Positions 48,996-61,468 of a DNA stretch of 64,000 bases are shown piece after piece. Source of the DNA: a bacterium (GTDB lineage: Bacteria; Hydrothermota; UBA3073; JACQXS01; JAQTXJ01); contig JBAZNK010000002.1 of the NCBI GenBank assembly GCA_041649255.1, positions 778 through 64,777 on the forward strand, in the 5' to 3' direction. Position numbers and translations under genes: made by a program. Numbering within the stretch: the first letter of the stretch is position 1; every line of letters starts with the position of its first letter. The notes under the pieces were generated by a model. The model worked only from the letters and a program-made list of their open reading frames with translations. It had not been told where the DNA came from and did no database searches.

Positions 48996-50071
48996 TGCAT
49001 TTTAAAAGGAACCGGGACAAAAGTTAAAACAAATATTGCCAGAGCTACGATTCCGATAATTTTATGTTTTGTATCTAATTGGCTTATATTGTTTAATGGC
49101 GCAGGATGTCTTAGTTTTATTACCAGGAGAATGAAAAGTACCCATAAGAACCATCCCTCCCAATAAAATCCAAGTACTGCTATCATTCCTATTATTGCCC
49201 ATCCTACGAATTTATTTTTTTCGCCAATAAGAGCATAAATTATATGTCCGCCATCCAGTTGCCCGACAGGCAATAAATTAAGTGCAGTAATGAATCCACC
49301 AACCCAACCGGCGAAAGCTATTGGATGTAAAACTACATCATAACCCAGAGGTATAGCCGGGGCAAATAATTTTGTTAAAATGGAAAAGAGCAAAGAGTTC
49401 CCCATAAAAGTTTGGTCTCCAGCGCCGATTAAGGTTATTTTAGAGAGTTTTAAGCCTATTATGGCGATAGGGATGGTAAGTATAAAACCGGCGATAGGAC
49501 CTGCGGCACCGACTTCAATTAGACCATTTCTGTCTTGTATAGGGGATTTTATTTTTATTATAGCCCCTAATGTTCCGAATAACGAAAATGGGAAAGGAAT
49601 GAAATAAGGAAGTGTAGCGGAAATTCCTCTCCTTTTACAGGCAAAATAATGCCCAAGTTCGTGAGTCCCAAGTATTATAAGCATAGAACAGGCGAATAAA
49701 ATGCCGTAGGTTATGAGTTGACTGGTTTGATAAGTTTCCCCGAGTGTTTTGAAGAAACCCATAGTAAGAAAAATACCCGCTCCTATTGTGCTGAAAAAAG
49801 TAAGAATTAAAAGCAATAGATTAATCCAGCGTTTGTCTGCTTTGACTATAGGGGCAGGAATAAGTTTAAGAATAGTCTGAAAATTATCTTTTTGTGAGAA
49901 CAGCGGTAATAAATTGTAAGGTTTCAGACGCTTACTTATGGTATCAAATGCGAATTTTTTATCTACAATGAGAGTTCCGCGGACTATTGTGATATCGTTT
50001 TCAGTTGAGATTTCCTGTACGTTTATGCAATCATAGAGGATTCCTGATAATTCGTCGAGTGTTGGGTTCAT
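48992..50071 (-). CDS. M50-family (site-2 protease-like) membrane metalloprotease
   Basis: HELGHY zinc-binding motif plus downstream LNLLPVGQLDGGH, and multiple TM helices. The start is moved to the internal ATG (MNPTLDE…) to avoid overlapping the upstream small gene. Confidence 0.75.
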   Translation of the reverse strand: MNPTLDELSGILYDCINVQEISTENDITIVRGTLIVDKKFAFDTISKRLKPYNLLPLFSQKDNFQTILKLIPAPIVKADKRWINLLLLILTFFSTIGAGIFLTMGFFKTLGETYQTSQLITYGILFACSMLIILGTHELGHYFACKRRGISATLPYFIPFPFSLFGTLGAIIKIKSPIQDRNGLIEVGAAGPIAGFILTIPIAIIGLKLSKITLIGAGDQTFMGNSLLFSILTKLFAPAIPLGYDVVLHPIAFAGWVGGFITALNLLPVGQLDGGHIIYALIGEKNKFVGWAIIGMIAVLGFYWEGWFLWVLFILLVIKLRHPAPLNNISQLDTKHKIIGIVALAIFVLTFVPVPFKMQ

Positions 50072-50277
50072 TTTTTTATAAAACGTAAAATCAAACTTAA
50101 AATTACGGATAATAATATACATGTAACGATAGGAAAATAGAATGTAAAATTATTGTGTTGAATTTTGATATCGCCCGGTAATCTTTCTAATCCAAGCTTA
50201 TGGAATATGAAGAATAAAACACCGGAGATAATAAAAATACCTCCAAGAAAAATAAATATTTTGCTTATACTTAACAT
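50068..50277 (-). CDS. Small membrane protein (DUF2905-like)
   Basis: Two TM helices; GDIKIQHNNFTFYFPIVTCILLSVIL motif. Confidence 0.4.
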   Translation of the reverse strand: MLSISKIFIFLGGIFIISGVLFFIFHKLGLERLPGDIKIQHNNFTFYFPIVTCILLSVILSLILRFIKK

Positions 50278-50305
50278 TTGATATAAATTTTGAGGATAAA
50301 ATTAT

Positions 50306-52129
50306 TTACGAATAAGTGCTAATCATATGTTTAACCTGAGCAAGAGTATTCTTCATATCTCCATAATCCAGGTATTGTTTAAGTATTCTCAAACCTTCAT
50401 TTATTTCTTCGGGAGAAAGATTATTTTTTGTTTCCAATACAAGTATTTTTTCATCAGGAGTCATTTTCACTTTTTCGCCTTTACCGATAAGTTCTTCGTC
50501 AAGTTTTTCCCCTGGTCGTAAGCCTACGAATGAAAATTTAATATCTTCTTTATTCAGACCGGATAAGGTAATAAGGTCATTTACAAGGTCAACTATTTTT
50601 ACCGGTTCTCCCATTCTAAGGATAAATATTTCTCCGCCTTTCCCCATTGTCCCTGCTTGTATTATAAGCTGGGAAGCTTCGGGTATAGTCATAAAATATC
50701 TTCTCATATCGGGATGTGTAATGGTAATAGGTTCTCCCGCCATTAATTGGTTCTTAAAGATAGGGATACAACTTCCCTGAGAACCAAGAACATTTCCAAA
50801 TCTAACGGAAACGAATTTAGTTTTCGAGTTTTTGGATAACGACTGGACATAAATTTCATCAAGCCTTTTAGAAAGTCCCATAGTGTTTATAGGATTTACT
50901 GCTTTGTCCGTTGAGACCATAACAAATTCGTCTATTTCATATTCTTTGGCTATATCGGCAAGGTTTTTTGTGCCAAATATGTTATTTTTTATAGCAGCGC
51001 TCCAATTTCTTTCTAATAGGGGAACGTGTTTATAAGCAGCTGCGTGATAAATTATGTCGGGTTTTAGTTTTATTGCTTGTTCTACTTGATATTTGTCTTT
51101 TATATCAATAAGAAAGGGTGTTATGTTTAGTCCTGGGAAGTTTTTTCTTAATGAACGTTCTATGTGAAAAAGAGGTGTCTCTGCCATATCCACTAAAATA
51201 AGTTCTTCAGGGTTGAATTTTGCTATTTGTCGGCATAATTCGCTACCTATTGACCCTGCTGCACCCGTTACCATAATTTTCTTGCCTGATATGTGGTAAG
51301 ATACAAGACTTGTATCTAATTTTATAGGTAATCTTCTAAGTAAATCCTCAACATCTACTTCTTTAAGTTGAGAAAGCGATACGGTATCGGTAATTACTTC
51401 GCTGAGAGATGGAACGGTTTTGAATATTACTTTTACCTTTTTGCATTCCATAACGATATTTCGTAATTCGTTCCCGGGCGCGGATGGTATGGCTATTATA
51501 ACTTCTCCGATTTTATACCTGCGAACAAAATGCTGGATGTCATATCTTGTCCCTATTACAGGAACTCCCTGTATAGTTCTGCCTTGTTTAGCTCTATCGT
51601 CATCTATAAAACCTATTACTTTGTAGGGCAAAGCCGGATTATTCTTTATTTCTCTTAGTATCATTGTTCCTGCATCCCCGGCACCTACAATCAAAATTCT
51701 TTTTAAGGATGGAGAGGAAGATTTAATAAATTCACTGTATACTCTTGGGATAATCTTAAATCCGCCTATCATTACAAACGTAAGACACCAATCAATCATT
51801 GGTATTGACCTTGGATATCCTGCGAAAACCGTGAATACTACAATAGTTATACCTATTGTGCTAAAAGATGTTGCCTTGAATATGGTTATTAAATCTTCAA
51901 TGGAAATATATTTTGAAATCCCCCTGTTGACTTCAAAGAAGTTAAATATGACAAATTTTATCAATACTACAATTAACAAAGTTTGTAAAAACAAGGAAAA
52001 TTGGTTGCCTAATAAAAATGTTGAAAACCTCAATACAAATGCAAGATAGTAAGCAATTACGCCGATTCCTGTATCTACCAGAGTCATCCAGTTTAACCCT
52101 TTTGTTTTCATTTTCAGTCTTGTTTTCAT
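50306..52129 (-). CDS. Membrane-bound nucleotide-sugar 4,6-dehydratase/epimerase (CapD/PglF/WbpM family)
   Basis: N-terminal 4 TM helices, then two Rossmann motifs (ILIVGAGDAG…; IMVTGAAGSIGSEL) and the short-chain dehydrogenase catalytic region. Confidence 0.8.
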   Translation of the reverse strand: MKTRLKMKTKGLNWMTLVDTGIGVIAYYLAFVLRFSTFLLGNQFSLFLQTLLIVVLIKFVIFNFFEVNRGISKYISIEDLITIFKATSFSTIGITIVVFTVFAGYPRSIPMIDWCLTFVMIGGFKIIPRVYSEFIKSSSPSLKRILIVGAGDAGTMILREIKNNPALPYKVIGFIDDDRAKQGRTIQGVPVIGTRYDIQHFVRRYKIGEVIIAIPSAPGNELRNIVMECKKVKVIFKTVPSLSEVITDTVSLSQLKEVDVEDLLRRLPIKLDTSLVSYHISGKKIMVTGAAGSIGSELCRQIAKFNPEELILVDMAETPLFHIERSLRKNFPGLNITPFLIDIKDKYQVEQAIKLKPDIIYHAAAYKHVPLLERNWSAAIKNNIFGTKNLADIAKEYEIDEFVMVSTDKAVNPINTMGLSKRLDEIYVQSLSKNSKTKFVSVRFGNVLGSQGSCIPIFKNQLMAGEPITITHPDMRRYFMTIPEASQLIIQAGTMGKGGEIFILRMGEPVKIVDLVNDLITLSGLNKEDIKFSFVGLRPGEKLDEELIGKGEKVKMTPDEKILVLETKNNLSPEEINEGLRILKQYLDYGDMKNTLAQVKHMISTYS

Positions 52130-52340
52130 TGTTTTTTAACTTAAAATAAGATTACGGTTTTTTATCAAAAAATTACATCAAATATTGTCACGGAACATAA
52201 CAAAGTTTCTTATATCTGTCAAGGAAATTAAACTTTTGGCTTGAGGGAAGTTCTCGGGGATGTCTGACTGACAGTTTAATAGTCGGGAACCTCGGTGCTA
52301 CTGTTTTAAAAAGAGTGGGAAAACTCCTTAAGTATAAATA

Positions 52341-52369
52341 GTTGACAAGTTTGATTAATATAGTAAAGT
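52341..52369 (+). promoter_or_regulatory. Sigma70-like promoter candidate upstream of hslVU (TTGACA-16/17-TAAAGT)
   Basis: ttgaca at 52341-52346; AT-rich -10-like hexamer 16-17 nt downstream. Confidence 0.35.
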
Positions 52370-52383
52370 AGCTCTTAAATAAT

Positions 52384-52913
52384 ATGGATAAAATGTTAAG
52401 CACCACTATTCTCGGGTTGAGGTATAAAAACAAAGTAGCAATGGGTAGCGACGGGCAGGTTACTCTTGAGAATACAATAGTAAAAAGCGGCGCCTGTAAA
52501 ATCCGTAAATTATACAACAATAAAGTACTTGTGGGATTTGCAGGCGGAGCAGCGGATGCGCTTACTTTATTTGAGAGGTTTGAAGCAAAACTTGAGGAAT
52601 ATCACGGGAATCTTGACCGCGCCGTGGTTGAACTGGTAAAAGAATGGCGAACGGATAGAGTTTTACGCAGGCTTGAAGCTATGATAGGCATACTTGACCA
52701 GAAACACTCGTATATAGTTTCCGGAAATGGTGACATCATTGATGTAGATGACGGCATAATAGCTCTTGGTTCGGGCGGCCCGTATGCTTTAGCGTGTGCA
52801 AAAGCGCTGATTAAACATTCAAACTTAAATGCAAAAGAAATAGTCGAAGAATCCATTCGTATAGCTGCTTCAATATGCATATATACGAATACCCATATAA
52901 CGGTGCAGGAACT

Positions 52914-52917
<4 letters not shown>
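52384..52917 (+). CDS. hslV: ATP-dependent protease subunit HslV
   Basis: STTILGLRYKNKVAMGSDGQVTLENTIVKSGACKIRKL…VGFAGGAADALTLFERFEAKLE matches HslV; N-terminal Thr nucleophile region present. Confidence 0.85.
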
Positions 52918-55254
<2,337 letters not shown>

Positions 55255-55272
55255 ATTAAGATAAAAAAATAG

Positions 55273-55312
55273 GGGAGGAGGTAATTTAAAATTATCTTCT
55301 CCCTTTTTTATT
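55273..55312 (+). terminator. Rho-independent terminator candidate after gap
   Basis: Stem gggaggag / cttctccc with a ~15-nt loop, followed by TTTTTTATT. Confidence 0.4.
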
Positions 55313-55421
55313 ATGTAGGTTAGGACACTTACTGAATTTGCTATTGGATTTCTATCCTAATCTTGTGTTAATCTGTGGAATCTCGTGGTTGCCATTTTTT
55401 TAGATCTATATAAGATACCAA

Positions 55422-55462
55422 TAAAAAAGCCCTTCCGTTTTTACACGAAAGGGCTTTCTTTT
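55422..55462. terminator. Bidirectional rho-independent terminator candidate between gap (+) and 55475..56482 (-)
   Basis: Hairpin agccctt-ccgtttttacacga-aagggct flanked by an A-run upstream and a T-rich tract downstream, so it can terminate transcripts from either strand. Confidence 0.5.
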
Positions 55463-55474
55463 ATTCTTAAAAAA

Positions 55475-56482
55475 CTACTTTGTAAGTATCAATTTCTGTG
55501 TTGTTTTATAGCTTTGAGTCTGGAGAGTTACAAAATATATGCCTGAAGGCATAGTATTTGTCGTCAAATCAATCGCATGAAGTCCTGATGTCTGGTATTC
55601 GTTTTTCAGGGTTTGCACTGCTTTCCCTGTTATGTCGTAGAGATTTAGAGAAACGTTTTCATTCTTTGCCAGCATATACTCTATAGTTGCTTTATTGGAG
55701 ACAAGATTCGGAGTGAGCTTCAGAAAAGGTTTATTTGCGGTTTGTGATTTTTCTTCTACTGCTACTGAGAAGTAAAAATCAATTCCCGTAATATTACCTG
55801 TAACTAACAGATTAGTGTCGCCTTCCATGTGGTACCCCGGGAACTCAAACCATGTTCCAATGTTAAAAACAGCTCCCGTAGTCCCAAAATTTATCGTATA
55901 ATTTCCAAGAGAATCGGTAAAAGATCCCCAACTTTCCATAGGAGGAGATGCTTTAAAAGCTCCAATCATCATGTTTTTTAGGACATTATTCGGAGGAGTA
56001 ACTCCTTGAACCGTTACTGTGCCTGAAACTGTTGCTAATGGTGATGGTATAGGGGTAACTGTAAGATAGTCCTGTGCGCTGGAACTGTCTTCATCAACAG
56101 CTCTTACGCAGTATTTCCCGGGTGCAGAGCCGTCACGGTTGCCAGGGCAAATAATCATTCCGTCAGGAGTTGGGTTTACATCATACGACCCCATTAGAGG
56201 AACGGTGTCTCCATCTCTTGTATACCAGCTGGCTAAAAACATATCGGTTACATCTATAGTGTGGTTTCCATTAAGATCAAGGTAATATTCAAATCTAACG
56301 GAATCGCCGACACCGCAATTACATATCCATCCAAGCGTATCTCCCTGGACTTCCGTAGTAGCAGAAGTGTCGTTATTGACCATAAACTTAAAATAAGTAG
56401 TCGCATTTGCATTTGTACCCCATATTACAAGTGCCACGCCAACCACTGATACCAAACTTCTAACAAATTTGTGCATACGCAC
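55475..56482 (-). CDS. Secreted protein with T9SS C-terminal sorting domain
   Basis: Signal peptide. The C-terminus (KATIEYMLAKNENVSLNLYDITGKAVQTLKNEYQTSGLHAI…GIYFVTLQTQSYKTTQKLILTK) matches the CTD pattern. RBS aaggaggtg. Confidence 0.65.
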   Translation of the reverse strand: MRMHKFVRSLVSVVGVALVIWGTNANATTYFKFMVNNDTSATTEVQGDTLGWICNCGVGDSVRFEYYLDLNGNHTIDVTDMFLASWYTRDGDTVPLMGSYDVNPTPDGMIICPGNRDGSAPGKYCVRAVDEDSSSAQDYLTVTPIPSPLATVSGTVTVQGVTPPNNVLKNMMIGAFKASPPMESWGSFTDSLGNYTINFGTTGAVFNIGTWFEFPGYHMEGDTNLLVTGNITGIDFYFSVAVEEKSQTANKPFLKLTPNLVSNKATIEYMLAKNENVSLNLYDITGKAVQTLKNEYQTSGLHAIDLTTNTMPSGIYFVTLQTQSYKTTQKLILTK

Positions 56483-56655
56483 CTCCTTTTATTTCGTAGT
56501 AAGCTAATATATAAGGGATTTTTTGTCAAATAAAAACTTGTACTGGCGCGTTACTTCCCTTTGTTTTTTTTTACTTAGAGTTTGTGAGGTAACGAACATT
56601 AATCTAACTTATCCAGCTCTGTTACAGTCTCTTTGATGATAGTCCTTAGAGGCTG

Positions 56656-57453
56656 TCATTCTGAGCGTAGCGAAGAATCTCCTTTTATCATCTCAAATAT
56701 CATAAATGAAGGTATTCTTTGGTGTTTAGCTAATTTAGGCATCTTTTTCACTTGTTCATTTGTTGGAATTGGTTCATACAATTTTGAAATAAAAAGTCCC
56801 GCTTTTGCGAACGGATTTATATAATCCGAAAGGGTTCGGTGCAAAACCGTCATTCGACCTAAGTTATATTTACCTGCGCCTAAGGTAAATTCAAGATTTT
56901 GTTTTTCTCTTTTGGAATAGTTATCAACCCCGCGATATTGGTAATCGCCCTCTTTTATCCACCATACGTGTCCCGGCATAGTGGTAAAACAGGGATGAGG
57001 AATAGAAAATATGAATTTCCCTTGTTTTTTTAATACTCTATAAACTTCTTTTGCAACAGGGAAAAATTTCTCCATATCCATTATTGCCATAAACGACACG
57101 ACAATATCAAAATACGAATCTTTTAACACTTTCATCCTCCCGGCATCACTGCAATAATATTTTATACCCAGTGGTTTTTCTTTTTCGGATTTTTGAGCCA
57201 ACTCAATCATTTTATAAGAACCGTCTATGCCTACAAGCTCTTGAATATCTTTTTGAGCTAATATTCTTGTATTATACCCTTCACCGCATCCTAAATCCAG
57301 GATCTTTTTGCCTTTTATGTTTCCCAAAACTTTCAGTATTGCCGGCAAAGAATAAAATTCACGATAAATATCACCTTTTTCCCTGACTGCTTCAGCCCAT
57401 TTAGGTGCTATCTTATCCCATTCTTCAATAAGAGAGATAGGTTCCTTTTTCAT
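56656..57453 (-). CDS. Class I SAM-dependent methyltransferase
   Basis: Motif I KILDLGCGEGYNT; Rossmann-fold MTase topology. Confidence 0.7.
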   Translation of the reverse strand: MKKEPISLIEEWDKIAPKWAEAVREKGDIYREFYSLPAILKVLGNIKGKKILDLGCGEGYNTRILAQKDIQELVGIDGSYKMIELAQKSEKEKPLGIKYYCSDAGRMKVLKDSYFDIVVSFMAIMDMEKFFPVAKEVYRVLKKQGKFIFSIPHPCFTTMPGHVWWIKEGDYQYRGVDNYSKREKQNLEFTLGAGKYNLGRMTVLHRTLSDYINPFAKAGLFISKLYEPIPTNEQVKKMPKLAKHQRIPSFMIFEMIKGDSSLRSE

Positions 57454-57486
57454 TCCGTTATATTACTATATACTATACATCTATTC

Positions 57487-58758
57487 TTATCTTTGTAAAA
57501 GATTTCTAACCTCACTTAAATCAATATTAGGATATTCCTTTTGAATAAGACTCAATGTATCATCCCATAACTGAAAAAACTCTTTTATCTTCTCCTGATA
57601 GGTTGAAAAAGAAAATTCTGTATTAACAATATGAACTAATCTTGAATAAAAATCTTTGGGCTTAATCTTCATTCGCGACTCGGTTTGTTTCATCCACTTC
57701 GGGAAAACCAGGAATACTCCATTTAATGCAAAAATGACATTGCATAAAGCATACATTCCTTCTACCAGATAAAAATATATACTAATCAAATCTTTTGAAT
57801 CTATGCCTTTCTTCAGCGAAAAACTCCACCATTTTGTGTCACTCAGATAAACATTAATGCGATTAATGGTTGTATCATGAGAAACATTTTCTAATCTATC
57901 TTTCCACTGAAGTACCCTATCATTAGAATCAAAGCAAATAATACCCGATTGCACGGCTTCTAATTGGTCATCATCGCTCCAGTAAAAATTTGGAAATCTG
58001 GCAAGTATCTCATCTATTTTGCGTGATTCTACAAAGTTAATGTGAAGGTAGTGACCTTCTATCCAAAACGTATCTTCATCATCAGATTGCTTAAAGTCTT
58101 TAACTTCGGGAATTATACTTTTTATCGTCTCCATTCTCATATCTTTGGGAGGAATAGAATCGCAATATACTTGCATATCAGCATCTGAATCACTATCAGG
58201 TTGTCCCATTGCAAATGAACCATATATAATAATTGACCATGATTTATTATCTTCGTGAAGCCCGCGGATAATTTTATCCGCAATACAACGAAGATTATTA
58301 ACATTTCGGGATGAATTATTTGTTAATTTCTGCGTGTTTTGTTCCAACAAACATTTGCATTCGTTGCTTAATTCAGGGTAATTATCGGCTATAAGGGAAA
58401 GGATATCTTTTATGAGCACAAGAATTTGTTCTATCTCGTCTTTAAGTTCAACATTACGAATACTTGCTTTTAACCGCTCAATAGTATTCTGTGGTTTAAT
58501 AGGCAACATATTTGAATCTTTTTCAAACTCATATCCATAGCCTTTTTTTATGGATAATCCATTAATGGCAAAAAGAGTATCTACTATTTGACCTATTTGA
58601 AAATACTTGCTAATAGCAAGACGGATAAAATCCTCTCGCCGGAGTTGGCTGAATACAGGCAAAAGAAGCCAACCTGCAAATTGTCCATCAATAGCCCGGT
58701 GCAAAATAATTTTAATACAATCTTTCCTTTTCTCTATTTGAAATTTATTGTTTAACAT
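57487..58758 (-). CDS. Hypothetical protein with nucleotidyltransferase (Pol-beta-like) motif
   Basis: IIIYGSFAMGQPDSDSDADMQV matches the GS-x(9-13)-DxD NTase signature. Confidence 0.5.
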   Translation of the reverse strand: MLNNKFQIEKRKDCIKIILHRAIDGQFAGWLLLPVFSQLRREDFIRLAISKYFQIGQIVDTLFAINGLSIKKGYGYEFEKDSNMLPIKPQNTIERLKASIRNVELKDEIEQILVLIKDILSLIADNYPELSNECKCLLEQNTQKLTNNSSRNVNNLRCIADKIIRGLHEDNKSWSIIIYGSFAMGQPDSDSDADMQVYCDSIPPKDMRMETIKSIIPEVKDFKQSDDEDTFWIEGHYLHINFVESRKIDEILARFPNFYWSDDDQLEAVQSGIICFDSNDRVLQWKDRLENVSHDTTINRINVYLSDTKWWSFSLKKGIDSKDLISIYFYLVEGMYALCNVIFALNGVFLVFPKWMKQTESRMKIKPKDFYSRLVHIVNTEFSFSTYQEKIKEFFQLWDDTLSLIQKEYPNIDLSEVRNLLQR

Positions 58759-58769
58759 TTTAATTTATC

Positions 58770-59294
58770 TTATAATTCCTTTTCCATATCAACAACCCAG
58801 TCTTCGTAAATTTGCTCTTTACCATCATTATCAATATAAGGATACTTGCCATCTAAATGAAACGAATCTTTAATTTCCTTGTAACCCAATCGTTCATACC
58901 CTTTCTTTATTTTAGCATTATCTTTCGGATTAGCTCCAAGCCCTATTCTTTTAAAACCCCTTTCCTTGCATAAAGATTCGGCAAATTCTAATAATCGGAA
59001 CCCTATGCCTAATTGTCGTAATGCGGGGACAAGAAATATATCTTCAATTTCAGCATAATCTAGTTCATCTTTTCTTTCTTTCCACTTTAATAATAAGATA
59101 CCAACGGGAAGTTCATTTATTGTAGCAATTAAATAAGTAACTTCTCCTTTTTCCTGTCTGTTAAATCTATCTTTGTGTAATTCCAAATCATCTTTAACGT
59201 ATTTCAATACTCGTATATCTTCCTTCTTTACCGGTCGTATGCATACCTTTATCCCATTTAAAATAAAACTTATTTCATTGTCGTTAATTTCCAT
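58770..59294 (-). CDS. GNAT-family N-acetyltransferase
   Basis: Acetyl-CoA-binding motif LRQLGIGFRLLEFAESLCKERGFKRIGL. Confidence 0.75.
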   Translation of the reverse strand: MEINDNEISFILNGIKVCIRPVKKEDIRVLKYVKDDLELHKDRFNRQEKGEVTYLIATINELPVGILLLKWKERKDELDYAEIEDIFLVPALRQLGIGFRLLEFAESLCKERGFKRIGLGANPKDNAKIKKGYERLGYKEIKDSFHLDGKYPYIDNDGKEQIYEDWVVDMEKEL

Positions 59295-59302
59295 TTTTTT
59301 TC

Positions 59303-60058
59303 TTATTTTTTAGTCGCATTATTCATAACAGTTTTCTTTTCTAACAAATCCGGCAATTCATTTAAACTTGTTATTCTCTCTGCCCATTTTGGTGTCTTAG
59401 CTTTTCCTTTACGGACTATATGAACAAATCGTATGCTTGATACACGAGCCCCTATTCCATCAATTTTAACCTGATCTCCTACCATTACGGCATTTTGGGG
59501 AGATATTTTTAGTTCATTTAACACCCCTTTATAACATTCCGGAGAGGGTTTTTTAGATTGATAAGTGTTAAAACCTGCAATCACATTGAACAATTTCTTG
59601 TCAATGCCTGTGATGTTGAAAGCATCATATATCTCTTCTTCAAACGCGTTTGAAAGTATGGCAAGTTTATAGCCATCCGACTTAAGTTTATTTAGGGTTT
59701 TTATAGTATCATTAGGGGTAATTATTTTATTATAATCAAGCCACATATCCTGTATCTTTTGGGCAAGACTTGTTAAATTTCCTTTAATCCCTAGATAACT
59801 CAAAATCTCCTTGTCGTAAAGGGTCCAGAATTTATTCATTCCTCCTTCATAGGTCTCAGGTGAAATTCCTGCTTTTAGTAATTTCATCTCCACTGTTTTC
59901 ATTGATTTTCTTATCTTTTTCAGGGATACCCGGTATCCTATGTGTCTTAGCACGTTTTGCCATCCGACATCTCCAGTTGAACCAATGACTAAGGTATTCC
60001 CAAGGTCAAAAATAATTCCGGTTGGCTTTGCTAAACTAAGTGTTGTCATAATTTTCAC
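59303..60058 (-). CDS. HAD-superfamily hydrolase
   Basis: Motif I IIFDLGNTL (DxG/DxD), motif III K…, motif IV GDQVKIDG. Confidence 0.7.
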   Translation of the reverse strand: MKIMTTLSLAKPTGIIFDLGNTLVIGSTGDVGWQNVLRHIGYRVSLKKIRKSMKTVEMKLLKAGISPETYEGGMNKFWTLYDKEILSYLGIKGNLTSLAQKIQDMWLDYNKIITPNDTIKTLNKLKSDGYKLAILSNAFEEEIYDAFNITGIDKKLFNVIAGFNTYQSKKPSPECYKGVLNELKISPQNAVMVGDQVKIDGIGARVSSIRFVHIVRKGKAKTPKWAERITSLNELPDLLEKKTVMNNATKK

Positions 60059-60729
60059 CCCAATTTTTTCCTCACTTCATAACATACATACCAGAAACAC
60101 TTGCCAAAATATATATCAACAATACTTACGTTTTTTCCTAAAATATCTACGATTTGTTTTTCAGAATAATAATTTTTCAATATTTTATATTCTTTGTCAT
60201 CTTCAAGAGTTCTTATCTTATAGGTATTATTGTCGCCCTTCCTGCCGTTAATCAGTTTCCCGCCAACGCCTTCGTTATATATATTATCACACATAAAAAC
60301 TATAGCTTTATCTTTAAGCACTCTGTGGAAATTATTTAAGAAAGACTTTATCTTGCTCTTTGGAATATGGGAAAACCAGAAATTTGCAAGCCCGCCGTCG
60401 AACTCTCCTTCTGTAAATGGTAATTTATAAGCATTCCCCTTACGAAAAGTTATCTTGCATTTATAGGATTTTGACTTCGCAGATGTTAAAACCGCCTCAC
60501 TGCTGTCGATAGCTACGATACTTTTCGCCACCTCAGATAAAAAAGTCGTCCAATACCCTGTTCCGCAAGCAATTTCAAGAACCTTTCTGCCGGAAAAGTA
60601 TTTCTTTATTGCCTTTGTAATGTCTCTTTGCTCGCCTTGCCTTACAGGCTCATCCCTGTGATAAATAGATTCGTAATAATTTTCCATCTCTTTAACACGC
60701 TTGGAATAATATTCAGTTAGTTTATCCAT
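60055..60729 (-). CDS. Class I SAM-dependent methyltransferase
   Basis: Motif I VLEIACGTGYWT. The start is placed at the internal ATG (MDKLTEYY…), which has a strong RBS (aaaggagaaaATG) and does not overlap the upstream gene; the ORF track extends it to 60801. Confidence 0.65.
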   Translation of the reverse strand: MDKLTEYYSKRVKEMENYYESIYHRDEPVRQGEQRDITKAIKKYFSGRKVLEIACGTGYWTTFLSEVAKSIVAIDSSEAVLTSAKSKSYKCKITFRKGNAYKLPFTEGEFDGGLANFWFSHIPKSKIKSFLNNFHRVLKDKAIVFMCDNIYNEGVGGKLINGRKGDNNTYKIRTLEDDKEYKILKNYYSEKQIVDILGKNVSIVDIYFGKCFWYVCYEVRKKLG

Positions 60730-60748
60730 TTTCTCCTTTTGTAATCTT

Positions 60749-61468
60749 CTATACCCGTACTTTTGTTTGTCCGACAGATAATTGATTTTTGCGATACTCA
60801 TCTAAGTAAATAGTCATAGGTTCGTCCATTTGGTCTCGATAAAGCCCCATCTTAAAATAAAAATATCCCAGCTTCAGGTAATTATATTTTTCGGAATAGG
60901 CAGTTATACCTGTATAATTAATAATTTCTTTTCCATTCATCCATACCTTTACAAAACCGGATTCTATGCGTGTAAATTTCATATGAAATACATAGTCTAT
61001 CCACTGCCCTCTTATTTCTTCTTTGGTTTGAAATAAACGTATACTTTTTTCAGTTGTTTGTAAGGTTATATATAATTCTCCGTTTTGATATCGTAAAGCA
61101 AGAAGAGGATTGATTACCAGAGCAGTATTATTTTCATCGCTTTGCTTCCATTGAGCCAAAACTAATCGAGTAGGGACTATTGGAAAATCTTTAGGAATAT
61201 AAAGGCTAAAGGAATAACTATAACTTTTGCCTTCTTTGGGACCAAGTTCTTTTCGTTCTACCAACTCATCACGTTCACTTGTTTTAACTATTCCATACCC
61301 TGGCTGAATACGATCCCCTTTGTGAATAGTAATCTTTATTGCGCTCTTTCCTTTTCGCACAATATCTGACTGGATTTCTACTGCCCCAGGTTCAATTTTT
61401 GTTTGATCCCATATGTTACTTAAGGTCTTTTCTTCGAACCCATCATAAAGTTCTTCTAATTTATTCAT
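60749..61468 (-). CDS. Jelly-roll protein resembling polysaccharide lyase family 7 (alginate-lyase-like), tentative
   Basis: YFKMGLYRDQ resembles the PL7 signature YFKAGVYxQ. Upstream SERDELVER and ITIHKGD resemble the R(S/T)EL(R) and QIH blocks. No signal peptide seen. Confidence 0.4.
   Translation of the reverse strand: MNKLEELYDGFEEKTLSNIWDQTKIEPGAVEIQSDIVRKGKSAIKITIHKGDRIQPGYGIVKTSERDELVERKELGPKEGKSYSYSFSLYIPKDFPIVPTRLVLAQWKQSDENNTALVINPLLALRYQNGELYITLQTTEKSIRLFQTKEEIRGQWIDYVFHMKFTRIESGFVKVWMNGKEIINYTGITAYSEKYNYLKLGYFYFKMGLYRDQMDEPMTIYLDEYRKNQLSVGQTKVRV

Noticed and set aside
52875-52913. Longer HslU start (MHIYEYPYNGAGT…)
   Set aside because: The extension overlaps hslV by 43 nt in a different frame. 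The ATG at 52914 overlaps the hslV stop (ATGA), the common coupled arrangement, and gives a conventional HslU N-terminus.
60730-60801. Longer start for the methyltransferase gene 60055..60801
   Set aside because: The internal ATG at 60729 has a strong RBS, and the longer form overlaps the upstream gene by ~50 nt.
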